A stretch of 63,995 nt of DNA, counting the filler, from Lama guanicoe (Eukaryota): NCBI GenBank assembly GCA_013239625.1. It is 79 parts of 77 records of this genome, joined end to end, with 100 filler letters (N's around TTAATTAATTAA, not from the genome) between each part and the next. Parts side by side here need not be neighbours in the genome. Positions count along the whole stretch, not along the records: positions 11,225 to 12,015 come from PNXV01017976.1; positions 12,116 to 12,909 come from PNXV01017977.1; positions 13,010 to 13,776 come from PNXV01017978.1; positions 13,877 to 14,716 come from PNXV01017981.1; positions 14,817 to 15,267 come from PNXV01017987.1; positions 15,368 to 15,929 come from PNXV01017989.1; positions 16,030 to 17,026 come from MU056034.1; positions 17,127 to 17,556 come from PNXV01018002.1; 71 more parts are not named here. The stretch is one strand, 5' to 3'. The notes beneath the pieces are model-generated. The model was not told the DNA's origin. It made no database searches and saw only the letters and a list, made by a program, of their open reading frames with translations. Both the position numbers and the translations under genes were made by a program. Below, in pieces: positions 11,125 through 23,301 of this stretch. How positions within the stretch are numbered: position 1 is the first letter of the stretch; each line of letters opens with the position of its first letter.

Positions 11125-12115
11125 NNNNNNNNNNNNNNNNNNNNNNNNNNNNNNNNNNNNNNNNNNNNTTAATTAATTAANNNNNNNNNNNNNNNNNNNN
11201 NNNNNNNNNNNNNNNNNNNNNNNNTTGTTGCATCTTTCCCGGCAACCTGGAAGGTCTTTTTACCCATAGGTGGAGCTGTTGAACTTTCTTACAGTCTTGA
11301 TTTTCCTGTTTGTAAAAGAAGGCTTAAACAACGTTATTTTATTTTGATTTCTTTGCTTAATGTTTCAGAATAGCCCAATGTCCATTATGTCTGTCTACCT
11401 GGAAAAATTATTCTGCTTATAACTTAGTTTTATTCTGTCATGTCACTGTGAACATTTCAGACTTGCTTTGCAAACAATGGCAAAATTGGTCTTGTCTTCC
11501 AGTGTTAGAAACCAGTGAGCCGGGATTTTATAAAACAGCTAGAAGCGGCCTCTGAGGCACGTTAAAGCTGAAAAGTGTATTGAGTTCCCTGAGTATTGAC
11601 CCCGCCGCTGTGTGTTAATTGGTGGTAGGAGATTTGGTGCATTTACGAAGGGGTGTAGTTTTTGACTTTGTTTTGCGTGCACGAACGTGAACCTGAGTCA
11701 GTTCGTTTTGAGATTTTCCCTCGTCTGTGAGATGGGGGCATTCGTATCTACTTTGTAGAATTGTGAGAATTAGAAATTATGTATAGTATTTACCACAGTG
11801 GTTATGTCAAGAGGGCTCAAAAACTTTAGCTGCTGTTTTGTGTGAAGCCATCATTTGAGAGTCTTTGGCAATTACTAAGAAACAGGAAAATAAGAAAAGC
11901 TGGTTTTATGATGAAAGATATTTGAGGAGGTTCCATAGTTCCTATAACCATAATTAAACATCAGCTGAGTAAGAACTGTTACACAGTCATCCTGAACCAA
12001 CGTTAAGCCACAGAANNNNNNNNNNNNNNNNNNNNNNNNNNNNNNNNNNNNNNNNNNNNTTAATTAATTAANNNNNNNNNNNNNNNNNNNNNNNNNNNNN
12101 NNNNNNNNNNNNNNN

Positions 12116-12850
12116 GAAAATTCTAGACAGGATGGCTTATGTATGAAAGACCCTGATGCCAGAATGTGCCCAGATTATTCAATGAGCAGCAAAGAAGTCT
12201 AGTGTGGCTAGAGAAGAAGAGACGAAGAGAGAATGCCCACAAAGTCAGAGAGGTAACAGGACCCTGCCCTTTATTTAATTAAAAATGGCAAGCCACTGGA
12301 GGTTGCTGAACAGTGATTCAACAGCTTTTGACACTTTTTAACTTTTTAATAATTTTGGCTGCTGTGTTGAGGTCAGATTGTGAGCAGGCAAGAGAAGAAG
12401 CATGGAAATAAAAAGACAACCCAGACACCGAGGAGAGGTGATTGCCTCTTGGACCCCACCTACACTAGTGGTCGAATTCTAGACATATTCTGCAGGCAGA
12501 GCTTTGATGCGACTTCCGTTTTGTTGGTGGTGGTTGTTAGCGTTGTTGTTGTTGGGTGATTTCCCCCAAAAAGCTGGAAGAGAGGAGTTGCCACTAACTG
12601 TTATGGACAAGACTACAGGAGAGGCTGGTTCCCTGCGGAAGGAGCAGAGGGTATCAGGAGCACTGTTCAAACACGTTAATCGGAGTATGCGCCCAAATTA
12701 TACCCTTTATTCCCCTTCACAATGTGGTGCTCATTTTGCATTTGAAATAAAGAAGACCTAACGAGGTCAAGAAATTCACAGAGGTCACCTGATGGACTAA
12801 ACTAGTGCTGAGCTAGGATTTTAACTCAGGGACACTTTCCTTCACAGATC
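12116..12850. mobile_element. Ancient L2 remnant followed by a MIR remnant
   Basis: L2-like AAGCCACTGGAGG..., GGCTGCTGTGTTGAGG...; MIR-like CATTTTGCA...GAGGTCAAG...AGCTAGGATTTTAACTCAGG. Recognised by eye only. Confidence 0.55.
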
Positions 12851-13009
12851 CAGACTAAGTGCTGACAAACTCACATGGCCAAGGTAATGATTACTTTTAT
12901 TCCTGCTGANNNNNNNNNNNNNNNNNNNNNNNNNNNNNNNNNNNNNNNNNNNNTTAATTAATTAANNNNNNNNNNNNNNNNNNNNNNNNNNNNNNNNNNN
13001 NNNNNNNNN

Positions 13010-13776
13010 ATTCCGTTAGAACCCACGTGCTGCGGACCGTTGGTGGAACCTCCCCACGTTCAGGATACTGGAACAATTGTCAGTGCGTGGGGAGCTCGAG
13101 AGACAACTCCACGCAGCTCTCTTCAGTCACAGGTGTTCCCTGTTAGGGGGAATTCTGAGAAATAACTTCCCTGACCTTGGGGAGGCAGCCTTGACCTGAA
13201 AACCCCCCTAGCATTCCCTGGCACAGAGACATTAGGAAAAAACCCAGGGGAGTCGAGCTTAGGCATTCCGTTACAAACCAAGCGCTGCCAACCGTTGATG
13301 GAACCAGCCCACCCTCAGGATTCCGAAACCATTGTCAGTGCGTGGGGGAGCTCGAGAGACACCTCCACGCAGCTCTCTTCAGTCACAGGTGTTCCCTGTT
13401 AGGGGGAATTCTGAGAAATAATTTCCCTGACCTTGGGGAGACAGCCTCTGTCACTGTTATTGCTGGCAAACCCCCCTAGCATTCCCTGGCACAGAGATAT
13501 TAGGAAAAAACCGAGGAGAGACCAGCTTAGGTATTCCATTAGAACCCACCCGCTGCCGAAAGTTGGTGGAACCTCCCCACCCTCAGGATTCCGGAAACAC
13601 TCTCATTCCGTGGGGAACTCGAGAGACAACTCCACGCAGATCTCTTCAGCCACAGGTGTTCCCTGAACGGGGAAGTCCGAGAAATACCTTCCCTGACCTT
13701 TGGGAGGCAACCACTGTCAGTGTTATGGCCTGCAAAATCCCCTAGCATTCCCTGGCACAGAGACATTAGGAAAAAA
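13010..13776 (+). repeat. Family A satellite, ~3 monomers (periods ~255 and 268)
   Basis: TTCCGTTAGAACCCAC-like motif at 13011, 13266 and 13534. Confidence 0.95.
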
Positions 13777-13876
13777 NNNNNNNNNNNNNNNNNNNNNNNN
13801 NNNNNNNNNNNNNNNNNNNNTTAATTAATTAANNNNNNNNNNNNNNNNNNNNNNNNNNNNNNNNNNNNNNNNNNNN

Positions 13877-14716
13877 TGTATTCTATATTCTACACTCCGT
13901 ATTCAATATTCTATATACTGTGTTCTACATTCTATGTTCTAAATTCTATACTCAGTATTCTGTATTCCATATTCTAAATTCTGTGTTCTGCATTCCATGT
14001 TCTAAATTCTATATTCTAAATTCTATATTCTAAATTCTATATTCTAAATTCTATATTCTAAATTCTATATTCTAAATTCTATATTCTAAATTCTATATTC
14101 TAAATTCTATATTCTAAATTCTATATTCTAAATTCTATATTCTAAATTCTATATTCTAAATTCTATATTCTAAATTCTATATTCTAAATTCTATATTCTA
14201 AATTCTATATTCTAAATTCTATATTCTAAATTCTATACTCAGTATTCTGTATTCCATATTCTAAATTCTATGTTCTGCATTCCATGTTCTAAATTCTGTG
14301 TTGTATATTGTTTATTCAATATTCTATATTTTGTATTCTTCATTCTATATTCTGCATTCTATATTCTGCATTCCGTATTCTATATTCTATATTCTGTGTT
14401 CTACATTCTATATTCTAAATTCTATATTCAGTATTCTGTATTCTATATTCTTTATAGTGTTCTGGATTCCATGTTTTAAAATCTGGGTTCTGTATACTCT
14501 ATTATATATTCTGTGTTCTGCATTCTATATTCAAAATCCTACATTCAGTATTTTGTATTTATATTCGAAATTCTGTGTTCTGCATTCCATGTTCTATATT
14601 CCGGCATCTATATACTTTATTCTATAATCTAAATTCTGTGTTCTGCAAACCATGTTCTAAATTCTGTGTTCTGTATTCTGTTTCCATAATCTATATTTTG
14701 TGTTCTAATTTCTATA
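13877..14716 (+). repeat. AT-rich heptamer-based satellite (family D; units ATTCTAT/ATTCTAA/ATTCTGT/GTTCTAC/GTTCTGC/ATTCCAT) with a pure 14-mer expansion
   Basis: 7-bp periodic TTCT core. (TTCTAAATTCTATA)x17 at 14000-14237. Confidence 0.95.
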
Positions 14717-15367
14717 NNNNNNNNNNNNNNNNNNNNNNNNNNNNNNNNNNNNNNNNNNNNTTAATTAATTAANNNNNNNNNNNNNNNNNNNNNNNNNNNN
14801 NNNNNNNNNNNNNNNNGGACGATGCCTCCACAAGACAGAATGCTATACTGGTCATTAAAATCATGCCAGTGGAGGTAGAATATCGTAGAAAAATGTGTAA
14901 TAAGCCGAATGGAAAATGGAGGTCTCCACACAGTAAACAGGCACACAGTGCTCGCTGGTTTTTATGACAGAGGTAATACACACTGATGAAAAGAACAGAA
15001 AATAGATGTTAAAAAAATAGATTTTAAAGTGTTAATTATTATCTCTGAATACTGGGAACAAGATAGACACTTTTGACACTTTTTTCAGACTTTTATATTA
15101 AATACACACTATTTTTCACCTGAAAAAAGCATTTTTTGATGTCTAGTACCACACATTGGAAAAAACACACGAGTACTTACATAAACAAATAACTAGGAGA
15201 CACCGCAGCACCATCATGCAGTGTAGAAAGGGCGATCCTGAATAACACCACGCACTTACATAAGGACNNNNNNNNNNNNNNNNNNNNNNNNNNNNNNNNN
15301 NNNNNNNNNNNTTAATTAATTAANNNNNNNNNNNNNNNNNNNNNNNNNNNNNNNNNNNNNNNNNNNN

Positions 15368-15929
15368 CCTAAATATAGAATATAGAACATGGACTGCAGA
15401 ACACAGAATTTAGAATTCAGAATACTGAATACAGAATATAGGATTTAGAATATAGAACGTAGAACACAGAATATAGAATATAGATTACGGAAAACAGAAT
15501 ATAGAATGTAGAATATAGAAAGAAGAACACAAAATATAGAATATATAAAAGAAAACATAGAACCTAGAATTTAGTAATGTAATGCAGAACACAGAATTAG
15601 GTATATAGAATACAGTATACTGAATATATAATTTTGAATACAGAATGTAGAACACAGAATATAGAATATAGAATACGGAATGCAAATTATACAATGTAGA
15701 ATACAGAATGAAGAACAAAATATATAAATGAGAATATAGAACTTAGAATTTAGTAATGAAATGCAGAACATAGAATTTAAAATATAGAATACTGAATAGT
15801 GAATATAGAATTTAGAATATTGAATGTAGTTCACAGAATATAGAATATAGAATACGGAATGCAGAATATGGAATACAGGTTGTGGAATTTAGAACACAGC
15901 ATATAGGATATGGAAAACAGAATACAGAA
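15368..15929 (-). repeat. Family D heptamer satellite (reverse orientation)
   Basis: AGAATAT/AGAATTT/AGAACAC 7-bp periodicity. Confidence 0.93.
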
Positions 15930-16029
15930 NNNNNNNNNNNNNNNNNNNNNNNNNNNNNNNNNNNNNNNNNNNNTTAATTAATTAANNNNNNNNNNNNNNN
16001 NNNNNNNNNNNNNNNNNNNNNNNNNNNNN

Positions 16030-16340
16030 CAATGCTGGGTAAGATCCTCAGAGGAGGACAACCTAAGACAGGCAAAGCTGGCTGGATAATAGGTGGCCTA
16101 CTTAATGAAGTTCCATGATCAACTTTAAAACAATCCTTGATCATTTACCATCCCGCGCTTACTGCAGGAGCATGGGGACATAAATAGCTTAAGATTATTA
16201 TCATTGTTATAACTTAGATGATATGTGAGTCATTGTGCAAGCCCTATATAAACCCTTCTTCTAAGAATCAATAAACAGAGAACTGCTTCGCTTCTCTCCA
16301 CACAGTGTTTGTGTGTAAATGATATCGTGCCAGTGACAGG
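16030..16340 (+). mobile_element. 3' part of an LTR (TATA box and polyadenylation signal) abutting an L1
   Basis: TATATAAA at 16245-16252 and AATAAA at 16270-16275, followed by a GT-rich U5-like tract. The 3' end is uncertain. Confidence 0.5.
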
Positions 16341-16359
16341 GTTAATTTAATTTGTTGGG

Positions 16360-17026
16360 AGTATCATAAAAGGATGTTGCATTGTATACAATACTCTTTC
16401 TGCATCTTTTGAGACGATTGTGAGTTTTATTTCTCATTCTATTAGTGTGGCATGTCACCTTTATTGATTTGAATATTTTGAAGTATTGTTAAACCAAGGG
16501 ATAAATCCCTTTACTTATGTATGTGTATGATACATTAAATGTGTTGTTGAATTCATTTTGCTTGTTTTTTGTTGAGAATTTTGGCACATATGTTCATCAG
16601 GGATAATATTGTATATATTACATCTAATGTCCTATGTAGCATTTTAGTGCAAATAAAGCTCGCATCATAAAACATATTTGGAATCTTTCACACCCTTCAA
16701 ATTCTGGGATGATTTGGGGATGAATTGGTGAAAATTTGATTTCAAATATATGACAGAATTCACCAGTAAATTAGTCTTGTAAATTTTTTCTGTTTTGGGA
16801 AGTTNNNNNNNNNNNNNNNTACTCAAACACTTTTGCTCTATTTTACTTTCTAATTTCTTCTTGATTTAGGATTGGAAGACATATGTTTCTGGGAATTTGT
16901 CTTTTGTTCTGTCATTCAAATCTTTGACTAGTGGTAATTTCTTATGATGCTTTGCATCTCTGCAAAATCAGTGGTACTATCTTCTCTTTAATTTCTAATT
17001 TTATTTGAGTCTTTATTTTCTTAGCC
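16360..17026 (-). mobile_element. Degenerate L1 ORF2 fragment
   Basis: Antisense ORF2 motifs (GTTGAGAATTTTGGCACATATGTTCATCAGGGATA; AGAATTCACCAGT). Confidence 0.8.
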
Positions 17027-17126
17027 NNNNNNNNNNNNNNNNNNNNNNNNNNNNNNNNNNNNNNNNNNNNTTAATTAATTAANNNNNNNNNNNNNNNNNN
17101 NNNNNNNNNNNNNNNNNNNNNNNNNN

Positions 17127-17556
17127 CATCTAAATCATTGAGTGGGAGAGGGAAGCAAGAAAATATAGAGTATTACTTTCTTTCTTCTTTTTTTTAAATT
17201 TTTTGTTCTCAGTAGGATGGGTTTGAGATTACATTTCTATCTGTTTAGTACATACAGTTAGAGTAATTGGTTAACAGACTTACAAAAAAGTGTAACTACA
17301 AGCCAAAAACTTACAAGTGAGTCATAAAAACTAAATACAATCCAAGATAATCAAAGGAAAATTACCATACCACAAAAGGAGGAAGAAAGGAACAAAGAAG
17401 AAATACCAAATCAACTGCAAAAATAAGTTCAAAATAGCAATAAACACTCATCTATCATTAATTACTGTAAATGATAATTACTGTAAATGCTAATGGACTA
17501 AATGCTTCAGTCAAAAGACAGAATGGCATATTGGATAATAAAGCAAGAACCCTCAA
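17127..17556 (+). mobile_element. L1 inter-ORF spacer and ORF2 N-terminus
   Basis: Overlaps 20223-20479. ORF2 start (ATA in place of ATG at 17434) reads AINTHLSLITVN..NGLNASVKR. Confidence 0.88.
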
Positions 17557-17656
17557 NNNNNNNNNNNNNNNNNNNNNNNNNNNNNNNNNNNNNNNNNNNN
17601 TTAATTAATTAANNNNNNNNNNNNNNNNNNNNNNNNNNNNNNNNNNNNNNNNNNNN

Positions 17657-18185
17657 GGCCTCGGACGCCAGTCCAGTCGGTGGAAGCTGCGGTCTGGAGC
17701 GGAGACGGAGGTGGCCAGGCCCAGCGCTGCTGGTGTCCGACCTGCCGCCTCCGCTCCCTCTGGGGCCTCTGACAGGACGTCGGCCCCTCAGGAGACAGCG
17801 CCCCCAAGGAGCCTCTGACAGGACGGCCTCCACAGAGGGTGAGTCTGCAGTTCTCTGAGCTTCTCAGAGCTGCTCGAGCTGGGGGCGCGGGCCTCGGGTG
17901 CGGGGTGTGCCGGCGACCCTCGGTCCTGGGCGTGAGGTCCCTCTCGACTGGGCTGGGGTTGCGGGGCGGGCCACCCGCCCTCTGGCCTGCAGGCCTCTGG
18001 GAGCCCTCGGCCTGGTCGCGCTTCTCCAAGGAACCTGGTGCGCGGGGGTCGGAGGTCTGGTCCTCCTGCGGCACTGTCGGGACCGGGGCCCGGACGACCA
18101 TGCGTGGTGTTCCACTGGTTTTCTTGGTTGGGGTTTCGGTCGTGAAGGTTGTGTGCAAATGTGTGTGTATCCCGGGTCTCGCCTA
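17657..18185 (+). promoter_or_regulatory. CpG island with a probable first-exon splice donor
   Basis: CpG-dense, GC-rich segment. AGG|GTGAGT donor at 17838/17839; GGGGCGGG box at ~17963; sharp transition to AT-rich DNA after ~18185. Confidence 0.5.
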
Positions 18186-18738
18186 TATTTTTCCACTTAG
18201 GACATTTGCTTGTGGAAATAGTCTTTGGTTTAGATTACGTGACATTTTCTGCTAGTTTTCTTATGATTTTATTTAACTCCTATCTTGTTTCTCAACTCAG
18301 AATTAATTTGACTTAAAATAGGAATTATCCAAATTTAATATTTTTTCTGGTTGGCTCTACAGCAGTAGTTACTGGATTACTGATCCTTTCTCACTGATGT
18401 ATCTGTTTGGGTCTCTGTGTTCAGTAAACTGTTGAGCTGGTTGTAATTCTGTGCTTTTTGGAAGAGGCGCCGCGCTGTTCCCCACAGTGGCCACACTAGT
18501 TTACATTCCTGCCACATCGTCAGGAACACATTATTTTACACTTTTCTCCTTAGATTTTTTAGTATGTTTTGTTCTAGCTCTCTCAGTAAGTGTGAAGTGA
18601 TGTATCATTGTGACTTTGAATTGCATTCCTCTCATGACNNNNNNNNNNNNNNNNNNNNNNNNNNNNNNNNNNNNNNNNNNNNTTAATTAATTAANNNNNN
18701 NNNNNNNNNNNNNNNNNNNNNNNNNNNNNNNNNNNNNN

Positions 18739-19221
18739 GAATAGTGAGAAAGTCGAAATATTCCCACTAAAATCTGGGAAAAGACAAGGATGCACACTAT
18801 CACCACCCCAACTAAACATAGCCTTGGAAGACCTAGCCACAGCAATCAAACAAGAGAAAGAAGTAAAAGGGATGCAAATTGGAAAGGAAGATTTTAAAGT
18901 CTCACTATATGCAGACAATGTTACTATATATAGAAAACCCTACAAGATCCAGACAAAAACTNNNNNNNNNNNNNNNNNNNNNNNNNNNNNNNNNNNNNGA
19001 GCTACTGTCAACAGCACTGTATTGGTTGGAAAATATACATATAGGCCAATGGAACAGAATAGAGTGCCCAGAAATAATCCCACAAACTTTGGTCAATTAA
19101 TCTTAGACAAAGGAGGCAAGGCAAGACAATGGAAGAGAGACAGTCACTTCAGCAACTGGTGTTGGGAAAACTGGACAGCAGCATGTAAATCAATGAAACT
19201 AGAACACTCCCAATGAAGCTA
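18739..19221 (+). mobile_element. L1 ORF2 fragment (RT region and downstream)
   Basis: [58 protein letters not shown]. Confidence 0.92.
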
Positions 19222-19911
19222 NNNNNNNNNNNNNNNNNNNNNNNNNNNNNNNNNNNNNNNNNNNNTTAATTAATTAANNNNNNNNNNNNNNNNNNNNNNN
19301 NNNNNNNNNNNNNNNNNNNNNCTTGACTTATTTAGATAAGTTAACCCATAGTCTTATTTATTTTAAACACACAGTATGTTCATCTGTCTGTTGCTTTATT
19401 AGACAGCAAGAATTCTTTAGTATTTTTAATAAAATATACTTGCAGGAAACTACACTGGGATTCTTTCATTCACAGAGTCAAGCAATGACACCTGTTTTGT
19501 TAGATCAGGTGTCTAACCCTCTCAACTTCCAAAAGATTACATGGAGAAAGTTGAAAACAAAGTAAAAAATTTGTTCCTTGATTAAAAGTATATATATGGA
19601 TCAGTCTTAAATTCGGATGTAAAGCTCTTATGAATTACATGGGTCTTCTCTGCAATTCTTTAGTTTGAGCTTTAAACACTGCAGTAAAAAACTGGTTTGA
19701 AGGAAGAAGAAAGTCGAAAATAGATTCAATCCAAATTTTATGGGAATAAACAAAGCTAAATATTTCAGTCATTTTTGAAGCAGAACGGATACGTTTTCTG
19801 CACCATATGATNNNNNNNNNNNNNNNNNNNNNNNNNNNNNNNNNNNNNNNNNNNNTTAATTAATTAANNNNNNNNNNNNNNNNNNNNNNNNNNNNNNNNN
19901 NNNNNNNNNNN

Positions 19912-20479
19912 GCCAGAAGGGAGTGGCAAGATATATTCAAAGTCCCGAATGAAAAAAAGACGCAGCCTAGGATACTCTACCCAGCAAGGGTATCCTTCAG
20001 AATAGAAGGAGAGATAAAGAACTTCACAGACAAGCGAAAACTAAAAGAGTTTAGCAACACTAAATCCATGTTAAAAGAAATATTGACAGGTCTACTCTAA
20101 ATAGAAAAGAAGCAGGATCCTACAAAAATGAGAAACTCATAACTGGAAAGATGATAACTACCATGAATTACAAACAGAATAAACGCAAAAATTACAAACA
20201 GACGCAAAATTGTAAAAGAAGACATCTAAATCATTAAAAGTGGGAGAGGGAAGCAAGGAAATATAGAGTATTTTTTTCTTTTCTTTTTTAAATTTTTTGT
20301 TCTCAGTAGGATGGGTTTGAGATTATATTACTATTCATTTAGTAGAAAGAGTTATAGTAATGGGTTAATAGACTTACAAAAATGGGTAACCACAAGCCAA
20401 AAACTTACAAGTGAGTCACAGAAACTAAACAAAATCCAAGATAATACAAAGGAAAATTACCAAACCACAAAAGGAAGAA
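19912..20479 (+). mobile_element. L1 ORF1 C-terminus plus long inter-ORF spacer
   Basis: ARREWQDIFKV..QPRILYPARVSFRIEGEIKNFTDKRKLKEFSNTKSMLKEILTGLL*, with the stop ending at 20100. Confidence 0.92.
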
Positions 20480-20579
20480 NNNNNNNNNNNNNNNNNNNNN
20501 NNNNNNNNNNNNNNNNNNNNNNNTTAATTAATTAANNNNNNNNNNNNNNNNNNNNNNNNNNNNNNNNNNNNNNNNNNNN

Positions 20580-21076
20580 TCCAGAGGAAATTGTTCCACA
20601 TGTAGCTGTAGATTTGTTGTGTTTTTGGAAGGTGGTGAGTTCACCTTGTTTCCATGGCACCACATTGAACTGAAACCTATTGTATATGTTTTAAACTTTG
20701 GTTTTCAATTGCTCAGGTCACTACTAGTATATGGAAGTATGATTAATGCTGTGTATTCATGTTTATGTATGGATCTTATATTCTGGGATCTTGCTAAAGC
20801 TATTTATTATAATATATTATGAGTTAATGAGTTTTCTTATAGATTCCTTGGAGTTTTGTCCATAGACAATGATGTCATCTGTAAATAATGACAATTATAT
20901 TTCTTCTTTTCTAGTCGATATGCCTTTATTTCCTTTCTTGCCGCACTGCACTAACTAGAACCTGTAGAAAGTTGCAAACTGACAGAAGACAGCAGACATT
21001 CTAACGTTTTTGAACTTCGGAAAAGCGTTCATTCTTTCACCATTATGATGTGAGACGTGAGTGTTTTGCAGATGTT
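20580..21076 (-). mobile_element. Old L1 ORF2 fragment(s)
   Basis: Antisense motifs ATAGACAATGATGTCATCTGTAAATA (YADD/FADD region) and TCTTTCACCATTA. Confidence 0.75.
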
Positions 21077-21664
21077 NNNNNNNNNNNNNNNNNNNNNNNN
21101 NNNNNNNNNNNNNNNNNNNNTTAATTAATTAANNNNNNNNNNNNNNNNNNNNNNNNNNNNNNNNNNNNNNNNNNNNCCAAATGCCCCAACTGTCCTCATT
21201 CTCCCTTGCAGCTAAATGTGTTCACATGACAAAGTCCTGGTCAGTGACCAGAAGGGAAGGGAATGACATCTGGGTCACATCCCTAAAAGGAATGGCATTT
21301 CCCGACTTCCACATCCCACTGCCTGATGTGGCTGTGACACGGTCCACCTCTGACACATCTGCCATGAGCGTGAGACCTACACCCTGGGGATGTGGAAAAA
21401 CAAGACGTAAGGAGCCAGGGCCCCAGTGATCTCAGGAAGCACAACTGCCCTACCTCCCTGAGCTCAGCGAGACTGACTGAGGGGCTGAGGATAACAGGGC
21501 CAGTTCAAGCCCCAAGCCCCAGCTTAGTACCCCTCGCAGTATGCTCCATGGTAGAGTCAGCTCTGGCAGGGTGGGCTTCAACTGCCTCCAGGACCGCACG
21601 CCCATGGTAGCCTCTGCAATCAGGTATCAGTCTAGCCACCAAAACCTCAGCTCAGCAGAGTCTA

Positions 21665-21908
21665 GAAGCAGAAACTGACAGGTATATATAGAATAGATAA
21701 ACAAGAGAAGATTATACTGTACAGCACAGGGAAATATATACAAGATCTTGGGGTAGCTCATGGTGAAAAAGTATGCGACAATGAATATATGTATGTTCAT
21801 GTATAACTGAAAACTGTGCGCTACACTGGAAATTCACACAATGTTGTAAACTGACTGTAACTCAATAACATAAAATTTTAACAAAAATTTAAAAAATAAA
21901 AATAAAAA
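21665..21908 (+). mobile_element. L1 3'UTR with A-rich tail
   Basis: ACAGCACAGGGAAATATATACAAGATC...TGTATAACTGAAAA...AAACTGACTGTAACTCAATAA plus A tail; related to the 3' end at 9637-9794. Confidence 0.85.
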
Positions 21909-22167
21909 TATTTCCAGGAGCTCAGTGTGTACATACTTACTTTGTTTGGGATTGTCCTTCTCCTCCTGAAGCACTGAAACTTCTCTTTAAAGTGACTGAA
22001 ACAAGAAAATAAAAATATCTTCACATTTTCCTGCTGCAAATGTTTTATTTATTTCCTCATTCATTTGNNNNNNNNNNNNNNNNNNNNNNNNNNNNNNNNN
22101 NNNNNNNNNNNTTAATTAATTAANNNNNNNNNNNNNNNNNNNNNNNNNNNNNNNNNNNNNNNNNNNN

Positions 22168-22620
22168 AGAGATTGAAGGCCCAAAATATAAGCTTTCAAA
22201 CAACTAGACTGCAAAAAGCTATCCAGAGCAAGCATTGAAAACGGAGGTGAGGGAAACCCTGAAGAACAACAGTGTCTCAGAATCACAAAAGGTAGAATAC
22301 CAGAAAAGGGGAAGAGAAAGTCCAAAGACGAGCCAAATAATATCAGAAAACTCAATGGATGAGATATTATCAGGGCTAAAATTCAGTCCTAAGCAGACAC
22401 TAGATATTGAAGAGGGACGCATGAATGACTGTGAAGACAGGGGAACTGAAATTCCTAGGTCAGAAGCACACATAGGAAAGCAAGTGCAAACCAATGAACA
22501 AATTGCTGTTGAATCCTGGGGTAAGACAATGCATGAACGACTAGGATTCCTAAGAGTCCCAGACGGAAAACCAAGAGAGAAAGAAACACAAAATATCTGA
22601 AAAGAGATCTGTACAAAAAT
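22168..22620 (+). mobile_element. Degenerate L1 ORF1 (coiled coil to RRM start)
   Basis: LDIEEGRMNDCEDRGTEIPRSE...NEQIAVESWG...LGFLRVPDGKPREKETQNI resembles the ORF1 pattern LDEAEERISELED...NEQSLRDLWD...IRIIGVPEGEEREKG. Confidence 0.75.
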
Positions 22621-22720
22621 NNNNNNNNNNNNNNNNNNNNNNNNNNNNNNNNNNNNNNNNNNNNTTAATTAATTAANNNNNNNNNNNNNNNNNNNNNNNN
22701 NNNNNNNNNNNNNNNNNNNN

Positions 22721-23201
22721 ATTTTTATTCATTTTAAAAGGTTGTCTCAAATTCCATTGAAGAGCACAACTTTTTAGTTACAATGAACTTGTATACATTT
22801 GTTGTCCCATTTTTTCCCCTGTGAGCTGCCGTTAAGATCTTTTATATATTTCCCTGTGCTATACAGTACAATCCTGTTTATCTATATTACAATTTTGATC
22901 TCCCAGCCTATCTCTTCCCACACCCCACCCTCTTGGCAACCAAACTTTGTATACTCTGCCTAAGAGTCTATTTCTGTTTTGAAATTATGCGTTTTTGGTT
23001 TGGTTTGATTTTGTTTTTAAATTCCACTCATGAGCCTTCTCATATACTTCTCATATTTTTTTTTCTCTTGCTGGCTTACTTCACGTAGACTGATTTTCTC
23101 CAAGAACATCCATATGGCTGAAAATGGCAATATGTTGTCACTTGATAAGACCGACTACTATTTCATTGCATAAATATACCACCTCTTCTTTATCTAGTCA
23201 A
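22721..23201 (-). mobile_element. L1 3' end fragment
   Basis: TTTCCCTGTGCTATACAGTA, CTTGGCAACCA, TAAATATACCACCTCTTCTTTATC. Confidence 0.85.
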
Positions 23202-23301
23202 NNNNNNNNNNNNNNNNNNNNNNNNNNNNNNNNNNNNNNNNNNNNTTAATTAATTAANNNNNNNNNNNNNNNNNNNNNNNNNNNNNNNNNNNNNNNNNNN
23301 N

